From the sequence record NC_071015.1: 64,000 nt of DNA; one strand, 5' to 3'. The first letter of the stretch is position 1, and each line of letters opens with the position of its first letter. The notes under the pieces are model-generated. The model saw only the letters and a list, made by a program, of their open reading frames with translations, searched no databases and was not told where the DNA came from. Made by a program: the position numbers and the translations under genes. Positions 29,924-39,990 of the stretch are shown piece by piece.

Positions 29924-30158
29924 TGTCCGAGATATTTAATTCGTTCATCAGCTGGTATAAAATAGGTTTGATCTCTCTTTTTATACTCACATCCGATGGA
30001 CCGAACCATCTGGACAGTTCTGCATTAAGAATTTCCTCCCGACGATGCGAGAGGAAATTCAAAGCAATGCTAAAGAGTCGTTCCTGATCCAGCTTATAAC
30101 GTTTTGCCACCTGGGACAATGGGAGAATACTGCAAGAGTATATTTCCACATTGTTCAT
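29847..30158 (-). CDS. Hypothetical protein
   Basis: 103-aa ORF overlapping its neighbours. Confidence 0.55.
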   Translation of the reverse strand: MNNVEIYSCSILPLSQVAKRYKLDQERLFSIALNFLSHRREEILNAELSRWFGPSDVSIKREIKPILYQLMNELNISDNVEDYYFRNQRFYIKDRTNGSFESE

Positions 30159-30912
30159 CCATTTGCCTCATAGCCATCTGCTTTTTGAACAAAGATTCAA
30201 TAAGTTCTTCGGGAGCCAGCTCACCCATGAATTCATAGACATCAAAACTGTCTTCGAACTCTACCGCCAACTTTTCCATAAACTCATCGAACCGACCTTT
30301 TAGCCTGTCATACAGTTCTGCGTTAGGATCCGGTAAATCCACCAAAGGGTTTGGCAGGTCTAATCCATTCTTCCCTTCCATTAAGATAAATGTCAGGTTA
30401 TCTCCATAACGCAGTAACGTATAGTCTTTCTTTGGATCGATGCCTTTGTTGGATTCAAGGTAATCTTTGAATTCCAGTAACAAGTCATCAAACTCTTCAA
30501 CTACTGCATCCGACTCATACCAATATGCCAGATCGGCCACCCGACAATGCCCAACTGTCATGAAGCAACCGACGGACTTTATCAACCATTCGCGCAACCC
30601 TTCCACTACCAGAGGAATGTCTTTTTCATACATCATTCGAAAAGACATCATCATCTTTTTGCGCACGTGTTCTTCAATGATGCGATCAAATGAAGTAAAC
30701 GTAACCAGCATATTACCAATCGAAGGCTCGGCTAAGTTCTTCGGCGCTTGGGTAATCGGACACAAGGTACCCGAGGTCCTGTTCATGGTTATCTCTTCGC
30801 TCATCGAGGTCCAGCATGTGGTTGTAAGTGGCATCCAGATCCATTGCAATGCCGTAACGTTTAAAAGTCCCAGCACTATGGGTAACCAGTTTATACCGCA
30901 GACGGTTATCAA
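30094..30912 (-). CDS. Hypothetical acidic protein
   Basis: The true start is probably MLVTF near 30713. Confidence 0.6.
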   Translation of the reverse strand: MITVCGINWLPIVLGLLNVTALQWIWMPLTTTCWTSMSEEITMNRTSGTLCPITQAPKNLAEPSIGNMLVTFTSFDRIIEEHVRKKMMMSFRMMYEKDIPLVVEGLREWLIKSVGCFMTVGHCRVADLAYWYESDAVVEEFDDLLLEFKDYLESNKGIDPKKDYTLLRYGDNLTFILMEGKNGLDLPNPLVDLPDPNAELYDRLKGRFDEFMEKLAVEFEDSFDVYEFMGELAPEELIESLFKKQMAMRQMDEQCGNILLQYSPIVPGGKTL

Positions 30913-31249
30913 ACCCGGACAGAATAAACTGTTTCTTAATGTCGAAGACTTCTTGACGAATCACTTCTGCTAAGAAGCCCAGACGGTAGTCATCCGGATA
31001 GCGCTCATACTGCTCATCGATCGCAGAATCAATGTTTCTGATATTGCTGTTCATTGCACCCAGAACCATATCAAGAACAAGAATGAGATAGTAGTTCACA
31101 CACTCTTCTAACTTCTCATCTTCTTTCAATTGCGAAGTCAATGCAATTGCGATGCTGGTGCGTAAATTACGTTGATCAAAGTTGTACATTATTGGATCCA
31201 GGGGCAGAAAGGTTGTGATGGACAGATAACTGAAATTGCAAATTGCCAA
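30713..31249 (-). CDS. Hypothetical protein
   Basis: Start probably MYNFD. Confidence 0.6.
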   Translation of the reverse strand: MAICNFSYLSITTFLPLDPIMYNFDQRNLRTSIAIALTSQLKEDEKLEECVNYYLILVLDMVLGAMNSNIRNIDSAIDEQYERYPDDYRLGFLAEVIRQEVFDIKKQFILSGFDNRLRYKLVTHSAGTFKRYGIAMDLDATYNHMLDLDERRDNHEQDLGYLVSDYPSAEELSRAFDW

Positions 31250-31493
31250 GATCGGTCAGGACCGCAACGTCACAAGACGGAATCCCTAACAGCCGATGCT
31301 CAGCGTAGTCTTTCACACTTTCATAAACCGCAGAATGTTCGAAAGATAAGTTACGATCGTAAAATCCCGGACTTACTGGAAAACCGTTATCCAGACAAAC
31401 TTTGGTCAGCATGGCTCGAGCGATTCCAATGTCATTTGCCGACAGGATATTAAAAGCATTGCGCTGATGTGCCAGATTAAACAAAATTTTCAT
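31176..31493 (-). CDS. Hypothetical protein
   Basis: 105-aa ORF downstream of phuZ. Confidence 0.55.
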   Translation of the reverse strand: MKILFNLAHQRNAFNILSANDIGIARAMLTKVCLDNGFPVSPGFYDRNLSFEHSAVYESVKDYAEHRLLGIPSCDVAVLTDLGNLQFQLSVHHNLSAPGSNNVQL

Positions 31494-31535
31494 AGTAATA
31501 AGAGCCCTGGGATATCCCAGGGCCTCCAGTTGGAT

Positions 31536-32492
31536 TTACATCATGCCGTCAGAATCAGCGGCGGCGCCGAATGGGTTTTTCGTCTTGTTACGGAAAGTGC
31601 CCGACAGTTCATCTTCTTTGATGTTCTTGTTTTCGACCATTTCTTCGATCCCTTTCAGGGTGTCGCCATGATCGAGAACAGCGTGGATGCTGTGACTGAT
31701 GCCGTGGAAGCTAGTGCCGAATACACCGGCTTTACGGTACAGCATGTTTTCAAACGGAACTTTGATATCGTCACCGTTCGGATACAGGCTGATTGCCGCA
31801 ACTGGGCGACGGCCGTATTTGGACAGATCGCTTTCCGGCAGGAAGGTCAGCTGAGTGAGGATCGGATCTGCATCTACAACGTCATTGTAGAAGAAGAAGT
31901 TCTTCACGTCGGCATAGTCGATACGCTCGTTGTTCAGGTTGAACATCATGATCGTATTGTCAATGCGTGCTGCAGCTTGCGCATTCACTTCGCCCTGCGT
32001 CAGGTCCTTTTTGTTTTCCAGATAGGAGAACAGAACCGAGTTACCCAGGTTAGTCTGGTTGTACAGGGAGCCCAGCGCTTCGATGGTATTTTTCTGCTCG
32101 TTAAAGGTGGTGGTATCACCGATGACGATAGACAGTACCGGGATCTTGCGTTGAAGCATGTAACGGACCAGCCATGGACCGAGACCTGAACCAGTACCGC
32201 CACCACAGGAGAACACCACGATGTTCATTTTGTTAGGGGTGTATTTGGCCAGGAGTTGTTTGGCGAAGTCAGCGTATTTGTCTTTGTGGGCTTTACGGTT
32301 ACCACCGGATCCTTCAGCACCTTCCAGACGTTCCAGCGGGAACAGGCCTTCGGAGATCGGGTTGGCTGCCGAGGAATCGATCCCAACGATGGTTTCGATG
32401 TTGCCGCCATGGCGCGCATCTTTCAGGTAACGGTTTGCGATGTTGATACCTGTGCCGCCAACTGCATAGATGTTAAAGTCTTTTGAGCTCAT
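31536..32492 (-). CDS. phuZ: PhuZ tubulin/FtsZ-family spindle protein
   Basis: AVGGTGINI, tubulin signature GGGTGSG, T7-loop region and a C-terminal DSDGMM tail. Confidence 0.95.
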   Translation of the reverse strand: MSSKDFNIYAVGGTGINIANRYLKDARHGGNIETIVGIDSSAANPISEGLFPLERLEGAEGSGGNRKAHKDKYADFAKQLLAKYTPNKMNIVVFSCGGGTGSGLGPWLVRYMLQRKIPVLSIVIGDTTTFNEQKNTIEALGSLYNQTNLGNSVLFSYLENKKDLTQGEVNAQAAARIDNTIMMFNLNNERIDYADVKNFFFYNDVVDADPILTQLTFLPESDLSKYGRRPVAAISLYPNGDDIKVPFENMLYRKAGVFGTSFHGISHSIHAVLDHGDTLKGIEEMVENKNIKEDELSGTFRNKTKNPFGAAADSDGMM

Positions 32493-32628
32493 TACTATGT
32501 TTCCTTCATGGGTGAGTTTGATTCTGATTGTCCGTAAAGCCTTAAATCGTGTTATAAGGCATTTACGTCTCTAAATGATAGTTGTACCAGTAATAGTTAA
32601 ATAAATCGCTCTGAAGCGTTTATAGAAG

Positions 32629-33030
32629 CTATTGGAGCATCTGACACAGAATGTTCTCTGCATCATCGCTGATGTGTTGGAAAATACCGTCTTGCAGTTC
32701 CTGCTGGTCATGCGCCAGAATGGGAACGTCGAATTCGATTCCCGCCCCGATTGGTGTGGCGATGAAATGATACCCGCCTGCTTCATTAGGGATATCGTTT
32801 CCGAAGAACGCCGCCTGAAGTTTTACCAGGAACTGCCCTGGACCTGCTTCATCGACCGGATAGGCCACAATCATGATACGCAGATTCAGATCGCCTTCAG
32901 TGATATGGAAACCGAAGCCTTGCATGTCTTCAATATTCCACCAGTTGGGAACGAGTTTCCCTTTGTTCTCTTCACAAATTTCACGAAGCTTGTGAACAGC
33001 AAACTGGATGATGTTGTTAGTTTGATTCAT
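32629..33030 (-). CDS. Hypothetical early protein
   Basis: 133 aa with RBS. Confidence 0.6.
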   Translation of the reverse strand: MNQTNNIIQFAVHKLREICEENKGKLVPNWWNIEDMQGFGFHITEGDLNLRIMIVAYPVDEAGPGQFLVKLQAAFFGNDIPNEAGGYHFIATPIGAGIEFDVPILAHDQQELQDGIFQHISDDAENILCQMLQ

Positions 33031-33391
33031 ACATATCCTCTACTTTTTGGATCTTCTCTGCGAGTAATGGAGCAATGTGTGCTTTGATCAATTCGACAAT
33101 ATTTTTATGCGGAATTGCCAAGCTCTTTTTAAAGAAGGTGATGGATTCACGTTCTCGTACTTTCAAATGACTGATACCAACAAAGACATTTTTATCGGTA
33201 CGATTAAGATCGATGTCGACTCGGCAAAGCAGACACTCTTTCTTACTGGTCATGTAACGAAAGCTCACAAAAAGGTTTTTGCGATCACCGGGGTTTAACA
33301 CCTTGATGAAGTAAACATTCTTGTAAGGTTTCTGTTCTTCTTTGAGAGCCGCATTCAGCAAGATCTCATTTACGAGTTCGATTAAACTCAT
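33017..33391 (-). CDS. Hypothetical early protein
   Basis: 124 aa with RBS GGAGG. Confidence 0.6.
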   Translation of the reverse strand: MSLIELVNEILLNAALKEEQKPYKNVYFIKVLNPGDRKNLFVSFRYMTSKKECLLCRVDIDLNRTDKNVFVGISHLKVRERESITFFKKSLAIPHKNIVELIKAHIAPLLAEKIQKVEDMYESN

Positions 33392-33812
33392 TGCGCCCTC
33401 CTTTATTATGTTCCTCTATAGCCTTAACGAGGCGAGGGTTAGCATCAACAACGAGTCTGACCATGGCATCTATTTCAGAAACGGTCAAATACTGCTCATC
33501 ATTTATTACGCACGGTGATCGAACTCCGCAATATCGAAAATCAATACCTTTAGTATGTTTAATGATATCAAGAATATCCACCGGCTCTCTTACTAATGGA
33601 GTCATCACAGCCAATGTATAATAATGTTGAACAGTTTCTGCTTGATCAGTAATCGGCAGTTTAGAGACATACACGAAGAAGTTTGGAAAAGTCTGATGAG
33701 AATATCCTTCAGGCTTATCGTAGTCGTGATAGTCTTTTGAGTAGATTGATTTGATTACCATTGAGATAACACGTTGAATCGTACCCACTGCCATATCCAT
33801 GTTTGTACTCAT
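33366..33812 (-). CDS. Hypothetical early protein
   Basis: 148 aa, RBS GAGG; promoter-like motif at 33844-33851. Confidence 0.65.
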   Translation of the reverse strand: MSTNMDMAVGTIQRVISMVIKSIYSKDYHDYDKPEGYSHQTFPNFFVYVSKLPITDQAETVQHYYTLAVMTPLVREPVDILDIIKHTKGIDFRYCGVRSPCVINDEQYLTVSEIDAMVRLVVDANPRLVKAIEEHNKGGRNEFNRTRK

Positions 33813-33934
33813 TGTTAAAACCTCTATGGTATATGCAAGACGATAATATTTGTCTAAAAAATAATAACCCTGTAAAAAATAAAAGAAGAATAACCACTCT
33901 AGCTACTCGTTGTGAGTAGCTAGAGCTAATTATG

Positions 33935-35779
33935 TTATTGCTTGTTAGGGTGAATGGTCGCGTACATAAAGACAGCGGCATGCACGGCTTGATCAACGTT
34001 ACCAGTCGTTGCCAGGGTTTCTTTGTAATTATCGAATATACGCAACGCGTTTTCCAACGAGTTGGTTGTTTCGGTAAATAACGTTTGTGCATTTACTGGG
34101 GCGTTTGAGTTCAAACGCTGATGACTTATCTGAATGGCAAGATTACCTGCCATTTCATTATACACCAGATAATGTTCCAACCCGCAGGCAGTGAAAGTGA
34201 TAAGATGACGGTAACCGGAAACTTCGACTTTCGGTTTAGGTGCAAACATCTGTGTCAGCTGATTCACCAGCGGATCATTTTTGGGTCCGCGGATCTCGAC
34301 CGTTTGACCGCTCGGCAGCTGTAATTGACGAACCTCAATAGCCGGTTGAGTCAAAATAGAGTGGCCGGTATAATGATTCGCCAACGGATTAACCCCCGCT
34401 ACCGGATTTTGAATGTTTCCGTAATCAAGTTTGGCAAAAGTTGGCTTTACGAAATTTTCGTACAACTGATCAACCAGCTTGTCAACAATTTCTTTTCTCT
34501 CGCCGGACATGGCATTGTCAGCAAACCACGACGGGCTGCGTTCTTTGAGCACATCAACAAAAATGGATTTCATGAAATCTTCTTGCGGGGTCATTTCGTT
34601 TTCCTTTTCTTCAGGTTCAGCATTGGTATACCAGCCGGCATGATTTTTATCCCACGGTTGGGCAACGTGATCACGAGTCGCGTGACCGTATACGCTTTGG
34701 TGAGCTTGGATTTCTTTAATGCGGTCATCAACGTCACCTTTACGAATACGTTCCAGTACCCAGTTGCTCACTTTCTTTCTGAGCATTTTGATTCCATTAG
34801 CCGTCAAGGTATAATCAAGGTTATGCTCGATAAGATGAAGCATAGGAACTTGGATATCACCCTTTAAATGATCCCAGTAGTTTGTTTTGAGGTTCTTTAT
34901 AATTTCAAGACGAATTGGAGAAGTCTCAATCATTTCCCAAATCTGCTGGCATTTCTGATCGTTATTCAGCGCATTATACTCGATCACCGCTTTAATCAGA
35001 CCTAATGCTTCAGCTAGTGTAGTGGCCGGAGGGAGTTCAAGGGCAGTATAGGTGTTAATGTGTGTAGTGCCAGGTGATGAAGTAGCCGGACGCGTAGAGT
35101 GCATGTTCTTCATGTTCTCATGCATTTTCTTAGTTCCTTGAGCAGAGCGAATTTTAGCATCGCGAACTTTGTTGAATTCGAGCTTGATCGTATTGTAACG
35201 TTTGCCCAGATCGTCTTCAATAAGTAACGCTTTGAAATACTCGTCACCCCAGATACGTTTGATAATATCTGACTGTTGAGCGGTGAAGTCACGCAGTATC
35301 GCATGGAACTGCATTTCAGCCTGATTAGCTTTCCATGGTTCGTTATTAGCGATCGCTTTCTTGAACTTTTCCCAACGGTGTTGTGCACCGTCGATCACAT
35401 TTTTAGTGTTAGCAAACTTAACACCAGCGCTCTTCACACCTTGTACGTCTAAGATGGAAACACCTTTTAAAGCCTCGATCCTTGCAAGGATGTAGGTCGC
35501 CCATTTCGCGATTTCTTCTGCGATGGGGAATTTAAACAACTCTTTACAAATGTCGATCAACATTCCACCTTGACGTAAGTTGATAACTTTGTCAATGACA
35601 TTGCCGTATTCAGAAGTATCGACCGTTTGGATAATGCCGGTTTCAACCATGTCAAAGTTATTTAAAATGCGCTCTGCCAGATTAGGCGTTTTACCGCCGT
35701 AATTTTCGAAATTGGTCAGAGCCGGGCAATCGACGATTGCATTTACCAACTGCGCTTTAATTTCATTATTCATTTTCAT
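33935..35779 (-). CDS. Large hypothetical protein
   Basis: 614-aa ORF with no recognisable catalytic motif. Confidence 0.75.
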   Translation of the reverse strand: MKMNNEIKAQLVNAIVDCPALTNFENYGGKTPNLAERILNNFDMVETGIIQTVDTSEYGNVIDKVINLRQGGMLIDICKELFKFPIAEEIAKWATYILARIEALKGVSILDVQGVKSAGVKFANTKNVIDGAQHRWEKFKKAIANNEPWKANQAEMQFHAILRDFTAQQSDIIKRIWGDEYFKALLIEDDLGKRYNTIKLEFNKVRDAKIRSAQGTKKMHENMKNMHSTRPATSSPGTTHINTYTALELPPATTLAEALGLIKAVIEYNALNNDQKCQQIWEMIETSPIRLEIIKNLKTNYWDHLKGDIQVPMLHLIEHNLDYTLTANGIKMLRKKVSNWVLERIRKGDVDDRIKEIQAHQSVYGHATRDHVAQPWDKNHAGWYTNAEPEEKENEMTPQEDFMKSIFVDVLKERSPSWFADNAMSGERKEIVDKLVDQLYENFVKPTFAKLDYGNIQNPVAGVNPLANHYTGHSILTQPAIEVRQLQLPSGQTVEIRGPKNDPLVNQLTQMFAPKPKVEVSGYRHLITFTACGLEHYLVYNEMAGNLAIQISHQRLNSNAPVNAQTLFTETTNSLENALRIFDNYKETLATTGNVDQAVHAAVFMYATIHPNKQ

Positions 35780-36110
35780 CTTCCTTTACATAAGTTACGA
35801 AACCGTTATCATCAATTTCAATGCCGGAGATCACTCGGGCTTCTCTGAGAATTTGGATAACGTTCAGCATTTTTCTGGGAACCCCTCGAACCACGTAATA
35901 CGGATAACCTTGTTGCAGGTTATACTCGAACATGAAATCAAGGAGGCGTTTAACTCGGCCATCCTGAACCTGGAAATAACGGTTCGGTTTCTTTTCCAGT
36001 GAAACAACATAATCGCTACCCCCGGCTAAGAGGGTAACGTTATACGGCCACGGTTTCACAAAAGAGTTGACGTCGGTCAGCTCCATTACCACATCTCTCC
36101 GTTTCGGCAT
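35766..36110 (-). CDS. Hypothetical protein
   Basis: 114-aa ORF in the operon. Confidence 0.55.
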   Translation of the reverse strand: MPKRRDVVMELTDVNSFVKPWPYNVTLLAGGSDYVVSLEKKPNRYFQVQDGRVKRLLDFMFEYNLQQGYPYYVVRGVPRKMLNVIQILREARVISGIEIDDNGFVTYVKEDENE

Positions 36111-36595
36111 TTGTTCATCAGAAACTCAGTACGTCTTGCAGAGTTCTTGATCGGATTGCCTTCATTGATGAAGCAGTGGGAAATATGCAGCTTGTTGCTG
36201 TCGGTAAAGACATGTTTAAAATCGTCCACCGAACTGTGTGCAAAATGACACTCTTCCACACCCAGCACTTGTACGTTACGCAATGAAGAGTTGACGATAT
36301 ACGGATTGATCAGATCTACCTTATGAAGGGTAACCCCGCCTTCAAGGATCGGGGTGTTATTATCCGTAAACGTAATTGTGTTTTCGGTACCGATGATACG
36401 CAGTGACAGGTTATGATTTCCCACCTCTTCGTAGAACCCGTTGGAGAAATCGATCAGGGGATTGAGATCGTTATCGGTCAGGTTATCCATGTACTCTTCG
36501 GTCAGATGTTGTTTAACCGACAGCTTACCGCCTGTCAAATGGTCAGTAATAACACACAGCTGGTTATCGATTACAACGCTATAACGTTTGGTCAT
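36086..36595 (-). CDS. Hypothetical protein with beta-helix-like repeats, paralog of 36607..37056
   Basis: G-x-VTL-x4-L-x2-P-x-I-x-NSSL-x2-V is shared with its neighbour. Confidence 0.65.
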   Translation of the reverse strand: MTKRYSVVIDNQLCVITDHLTGGKLSVKQHLTEEYMDNLTDNDLNPLIDFSNGFYEEVGNHNLSLRIIGTENTITFTDNNTPILEGGVTLHKVDLINPYIVNSSLRNVQVLGVEECHFAHSSVDDFKHVFTDSNKLHISHCFINEGNPIKNSARRTEFLMNKCRNGEMW

Positions 36596-36606
36596 GCTGA
36601 ATTCCT

Positions 36607-37056
36607 CTAAACTAAAATGTTGTTAAAATAGACGGCATGGGAAGCATACGGTCTTTGTTTAGGATTGGCTTTAAAGCTGCACTCATTGAAAGTCAGCTCT
36701 CCGAAATGGGAATAGCCGATATGTTCAATGTGTGAATTAATAATGGTTGCCCTGGGAATAAGGCTAACGTAAGACAGACTACTGTTTGTAATCTTTGGAT
36801 CGTGCAGGTGGGAAGACTTTAGTGTCACATCACCGCGCAGATTAAAACCACGGCGTTCTAAAAGTGTAGAGATGCCGTAGAGTTTAAGATCAAGTTCACC
36901 CACATTGATGGCGTGCTCAAGATCATTCATTGCTTCAAAAGCCGGAGAAATGTCAGGCTTATTAAATGGTTTAAATTTGATACGCAACGACCCGTTTGTT
37001 TCGAGGTCATTTATAATCAAAATACCACGTTCTATAACAAAGGCGAGTCGTTGCAT
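36607..37056 (-). CDS. Hypothetical protein, paralog of 36086..36595
   Basis: Same shared motif as its neighbour. Confidence 0.65.
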   Translation of the reverse strand: MQRLAFVIERGILIINDLETNGSLRIKFKPFNKPDISPAFEAMNDLEHAINVGELDLKLYGISTLLERRGFNLRGDVTLKSSHLHDPKITNSSLSYVSLIPRATIINSHIEHIGYSHFGELTFNECSFKANPKQRPYASHAVYFNNILV

Positions 37057-37063
37057 AATTCAG

Positions 37064-37309
37064 TTACTCCTGATCAACGTAATACTGCTTGCGACGTGTA
37101 TCTGCAAAAGGTTCACCAAACACAGCACGAGCATTAGAACACATCCAGCACCCACATGCTTTTGGTGTCGCCGCCACTTTTCCGATAATTAACTTATCAG
37201 TTTGTTGACGGTACCCAAAAGGATTCCAGGTACAAGCATTCCAATAGCGCGACACTTTGGTTTTCTTGACTTGCAGTTTGTGACGACGATAAGCACGAGT
37301 ACGGGTCAT
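37064..37309 (-). CDS. Small basic protein with a CxCxxC motif
   Basis: TPKACGCWMCSNAR; Arg/Lys-rich N-terminus. Confidence 0.65.
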   Translation of the reverse strand: MTRTRAYRRHKLQVKKTKVSRYWNACTWNPFGYRQQTDKLIIGKVAATPKACGCWMCSNARAVFGEPFADTRRKQYYVDQE

Positions 37310-37396
37310 AATTAAGTTCCGAGAGATGTGGGGAGCAACCCTATGTTGCTCCCTTAAGTGGGATCTCGGAATGGCGATGGTGTCGCTGTTTGGTCA

Positions 37397-37783
37397 TTAC
37401 GCGGCAACCTGAGTTTTGGTCAGCAGTTTGTAACGGTAAGCCGGATCGACTTTATGAACAGGAATGAAATCATCCCCGTGACGCTTCAAGTTGATCTTGT
37501 CAACCAGCACGTCATTGATCTTCAGATGGACCACCACGCGATTACGGGCTGCGTTGAATCCCCACAACTGAGTTTCAATGTCTGCGCCGTTGGAGTGAAA
37601 CTTTACTTCTGATCCCAGCTTGGAATCGGCCAGCAGTTTTGTTGCACGGTTAACCACCTGCATAATGGCCGGTGAGGTAACAGTTGAATTCAGTTTCTTA
37701 GCACACATGTTAATACCCAAATCAGTTAAGAGTTTTAGACCACGAACCTTGCCAAATCTTTTCCAACGCCAGCAACTTGACAA
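37397..37783 (-). CDS. Hypothetical protein
   Basis: Start probably MCAKK near 37708. Confidence 0.55.
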   Translation of the reverse strand: MSSCWRWKRFGKVRGLKLLTDLGINMCAKKLNSTVTSPAIMQVVNRATKLLADSKLGSEVKFHSNGADIETQLWGFNAARNRVVVHLKINDVLVDKINLKRHGDDFIPVHKVDPAYRYKLLTKTQVAA

Positions 37784-38399
37784 TCAAATCATCCAGATGG
37801 CGCAGGAAAATAGCCTTGTACGGGTTCTTAGGATTTTCCGGAGTGAGTTTATCGTGGTGTTCTACGTGATAAAGCACATCACCAGGCTCATTGATAAAAC
37901 TGAGCATGTATCCGTACTCAGTGTAATTAATGTGCAGGCGCCCGTCGATATGATCAACAATGTAATCGAACCCTTCCACTTGAGCGAACGCATGAACCCG
38001 CTCACGCATTCCGTCTTCGCTGTACCAGCGGCGAGCCATGTTGGCTACAACACAGCCAATGAAGTCAGTAGTGATGCGATTATGCAGCTCGTCGTCCAAA
38101 GGGGTTTCTTTTTCAAAGTCAGAAAGCTGAACCCCAAATACATAAGGACGACCATGAAGGAAAGTAGTAGCCGTGACAACGGTCGGATCGTTTTGCGGAA
38201 TCTGATCCAGTAACGGCACAATACCTGACGTTTTAAAGATGAAATCAAACGAAGTACCGTCCACACTGAAACTTTCTTTGAAATCCACTTCTCGCCAGTT
38301 GGGCACAGAGAGCATACGTTTACAGACATCACCAACCAGCGTTTTAAACTCCGGTTCCAGAGACCACACTTGATCAAGGGTATAATTTAATTTGCTCAT
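37722..38399 (-). CDS. Hypothetical protein
   Basis: 225-aa ORF in the operon. Confidence 0.65.
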   Translation of the reverse strand: MSKLNYTLDQVWSLEPEFKTLVGDVCKRMLSVPNWREVDFKESFSVDGTSFDFIFKTSGIVPLLDQIPQNDPTVVTATTFLHGRPYVFGVQLSDFEKETPLDDELHNRITTDFIGCVVANMARRWYSEDGMRERVHAFAQVEGFDYIVDHIDGRLHINYTEYGYMLSFINEPGDVLYHVEHHDKLTPENPKNPYKAIFLRHLDDLIVKLLALEKIWQGSWSKTLN

Positions 38400-38716
38400 T
38401 TCACTTCCTTTATCCGTAAGGTCATAAATGCTTGGGTGAGATCAGCAACCAACTGATCATCAACTTGGTTATTTGCTAACGCCGTACCAGGCAAAATAAA
38501 GACATCAATCTTTTTACCGTTAATGTCGCCTGTGATTTCTATCCGGTCGTCGTTATAAAGAGGAAGCAGTCCGGTACTGTACAGCGCAATGGTATAATGG
38601 GAATCCAACGCGCCCTTTCTAAAGAACGCACGCTCGGTTTCACCTGACACCACTTTGCCTAATACAATCCCAACGAACTTAGACACCCTCTCCTTGTGCT
38701 TCTTCGGTAGCGCCAC
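38396..38716 (-). CDS. Hypothetical protein
   Basis: 106-aa ORF with an ATGA-type overlap. Confidence 0.6.
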   Translation of the reverse strand: MALPKKHKERVSKFVGIVLGKVVSGETERAFFRKGALDSHYTIALYSTGLLPLYNDDRIEITGDINGKKIDVFILPGTALANNQVDDQLVADLTQAFMTLRIKEVK

Positions 38717-39302
38717 TGTACTCTCCTAACGAAACTACCCGTCCACTTGCAAGATCAGCCAAAATGTAATCCCCAAGAAGATGCCAGATGCGATTCTCCA
38801 GCACACTGGCAGGAGTGGTGTTCTCAAAACTGATAGAAAGTTCTGTATTCACCGCTTCTTCTAAGGCATAGACGGGACGATTCGGATTGCCTATTTCCTG
38901 AACCAGTAAGACCTGGCTGTCCAAATCACGATGGTATTTAATCTCAATACCAAACGGCGATTCAAAGTTGGTCCAGATACTGAACCCTGCCAGCATATCG
39001 GTAATACCGTTTTCTAATCCCAACCGTTTATGAATAAGTTTGGTTAACGTCACCGCAATAACTTTATTGCCCAGATCAGGGTTATCGAGTTCATATGGCT
39101 CGAGTGGAACGACATCGTCATCCAGCTTAAACCACACGCTGTTGTTATAGTCACTTGAACGACACGTGATCCGGATACCGGGAAGCAGTTCTTGTTCGAC
39201 AATATCAGAACCTTTCATAACCTTAGCTTGTTCAGCAAGGGAAATGAATGCCGAGCGGATCTGATTAATCAAATCAGAATTCAGTCTTACAAATGTACTC
39301 AT
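38679..39302 (-). CDS. Hypothetical protein
   Basis: 207-aa ORF. Confidence 0.65.
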   Translation of the reverse strand: MSTFVRLNSDLINQIRSAFISLAEQAKVMKGSDIVEQELLPGIRITCRSSDYNNSVWFKLDDDVVPLEPYELDNPDLGNKVIAVTLTKLIHKRLGLENGITDMLAGFSIWTNFESPFGIEIKYHRDLDSQVLLVQEIGNPNRPVYALEEAVNTELSISFENTTPASVLENRIWHLLGDYILADLASGRVVSLGEYSGATEEAQGEGV

Positions 39303-39952
39303 TAATACACCTTCAGTTCAAATGGAGTAAAAGTATTGGTTACCATATCTTTCGCAATGGCGCGGCTAATATGAAGCATAGCACTGCCAAAAGCACGGCA
39401 ATCTTCTAACACGACATCTTCAAGCTTGTCACCGTTCAGGTTGATGACTGAGCAGTTGCCATTAACAATGAGCAAGCGATGGCCGGTCGCCAGCGTTGCC
39501 GAGAATTCTTCACCAGTAGGATGATCAACGGCACACAGTACATCGTAGTACGTGTCCCCTTTGTGGTCTGCAAATCCAAACATGGCCTTTGTAATTTTGG
39601 CAGCTACTTCATCTGCTTCTGGATAATCTTTTTCATTTAAAGGGTAAAAAGCAGGATCGATATAACCGGCCGTTTTAACCACGGTGTATCCAGCAACTTT
39701 ACCCGTGGCGATATACGTCTCGTCATCTGCTTTAATTTCAACCGAAACAGGAACACTATCTACCAATAAAATTTCGTGTTCGCCCGCTGTGGCATTTTGA
39801 TCAATAGTTTTAAGGAAAGAAGAAATGGCGATAGCTGCTTTTTCAACGATGTTTTTAGTAATAGTTGTCATGGTAAACCCTCTAAGGTAAATTAAGTTAT
39901 TGTTACTTCCCCTTAATGATGTAGGCTTGAATTTTAATCCAAATAAAAACAC
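39302..39952 (-). CDS. Hypothetical protein
   Basis: Start probably MTTITK with RBS GAGG. Confidence 0.65.
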   Translation of the reverse strand: MFLFGLKFKPTSLRGSNNNLIYLRGFTMTTITKNIVEKAAIAISSFLKTIDQNATAGEHEILLVDSVPVSVEIKADDETYIATGKVAGYTVVKTAGYIDPAFYPLNEKDYPEADEVAAKITKAMFGFADHKGDTYYDVLCAVDHPTGEEFSATLATGHRLLIVNGNCSVINLNGDKLEDVVLEDCRAFGSAMLHISRAIAKDMVTNTFTPFELKVY

Positions 39953-39990
39953 AGAAAGAACCCTACCTCCATCTGGAGGTAGGGGATCTA

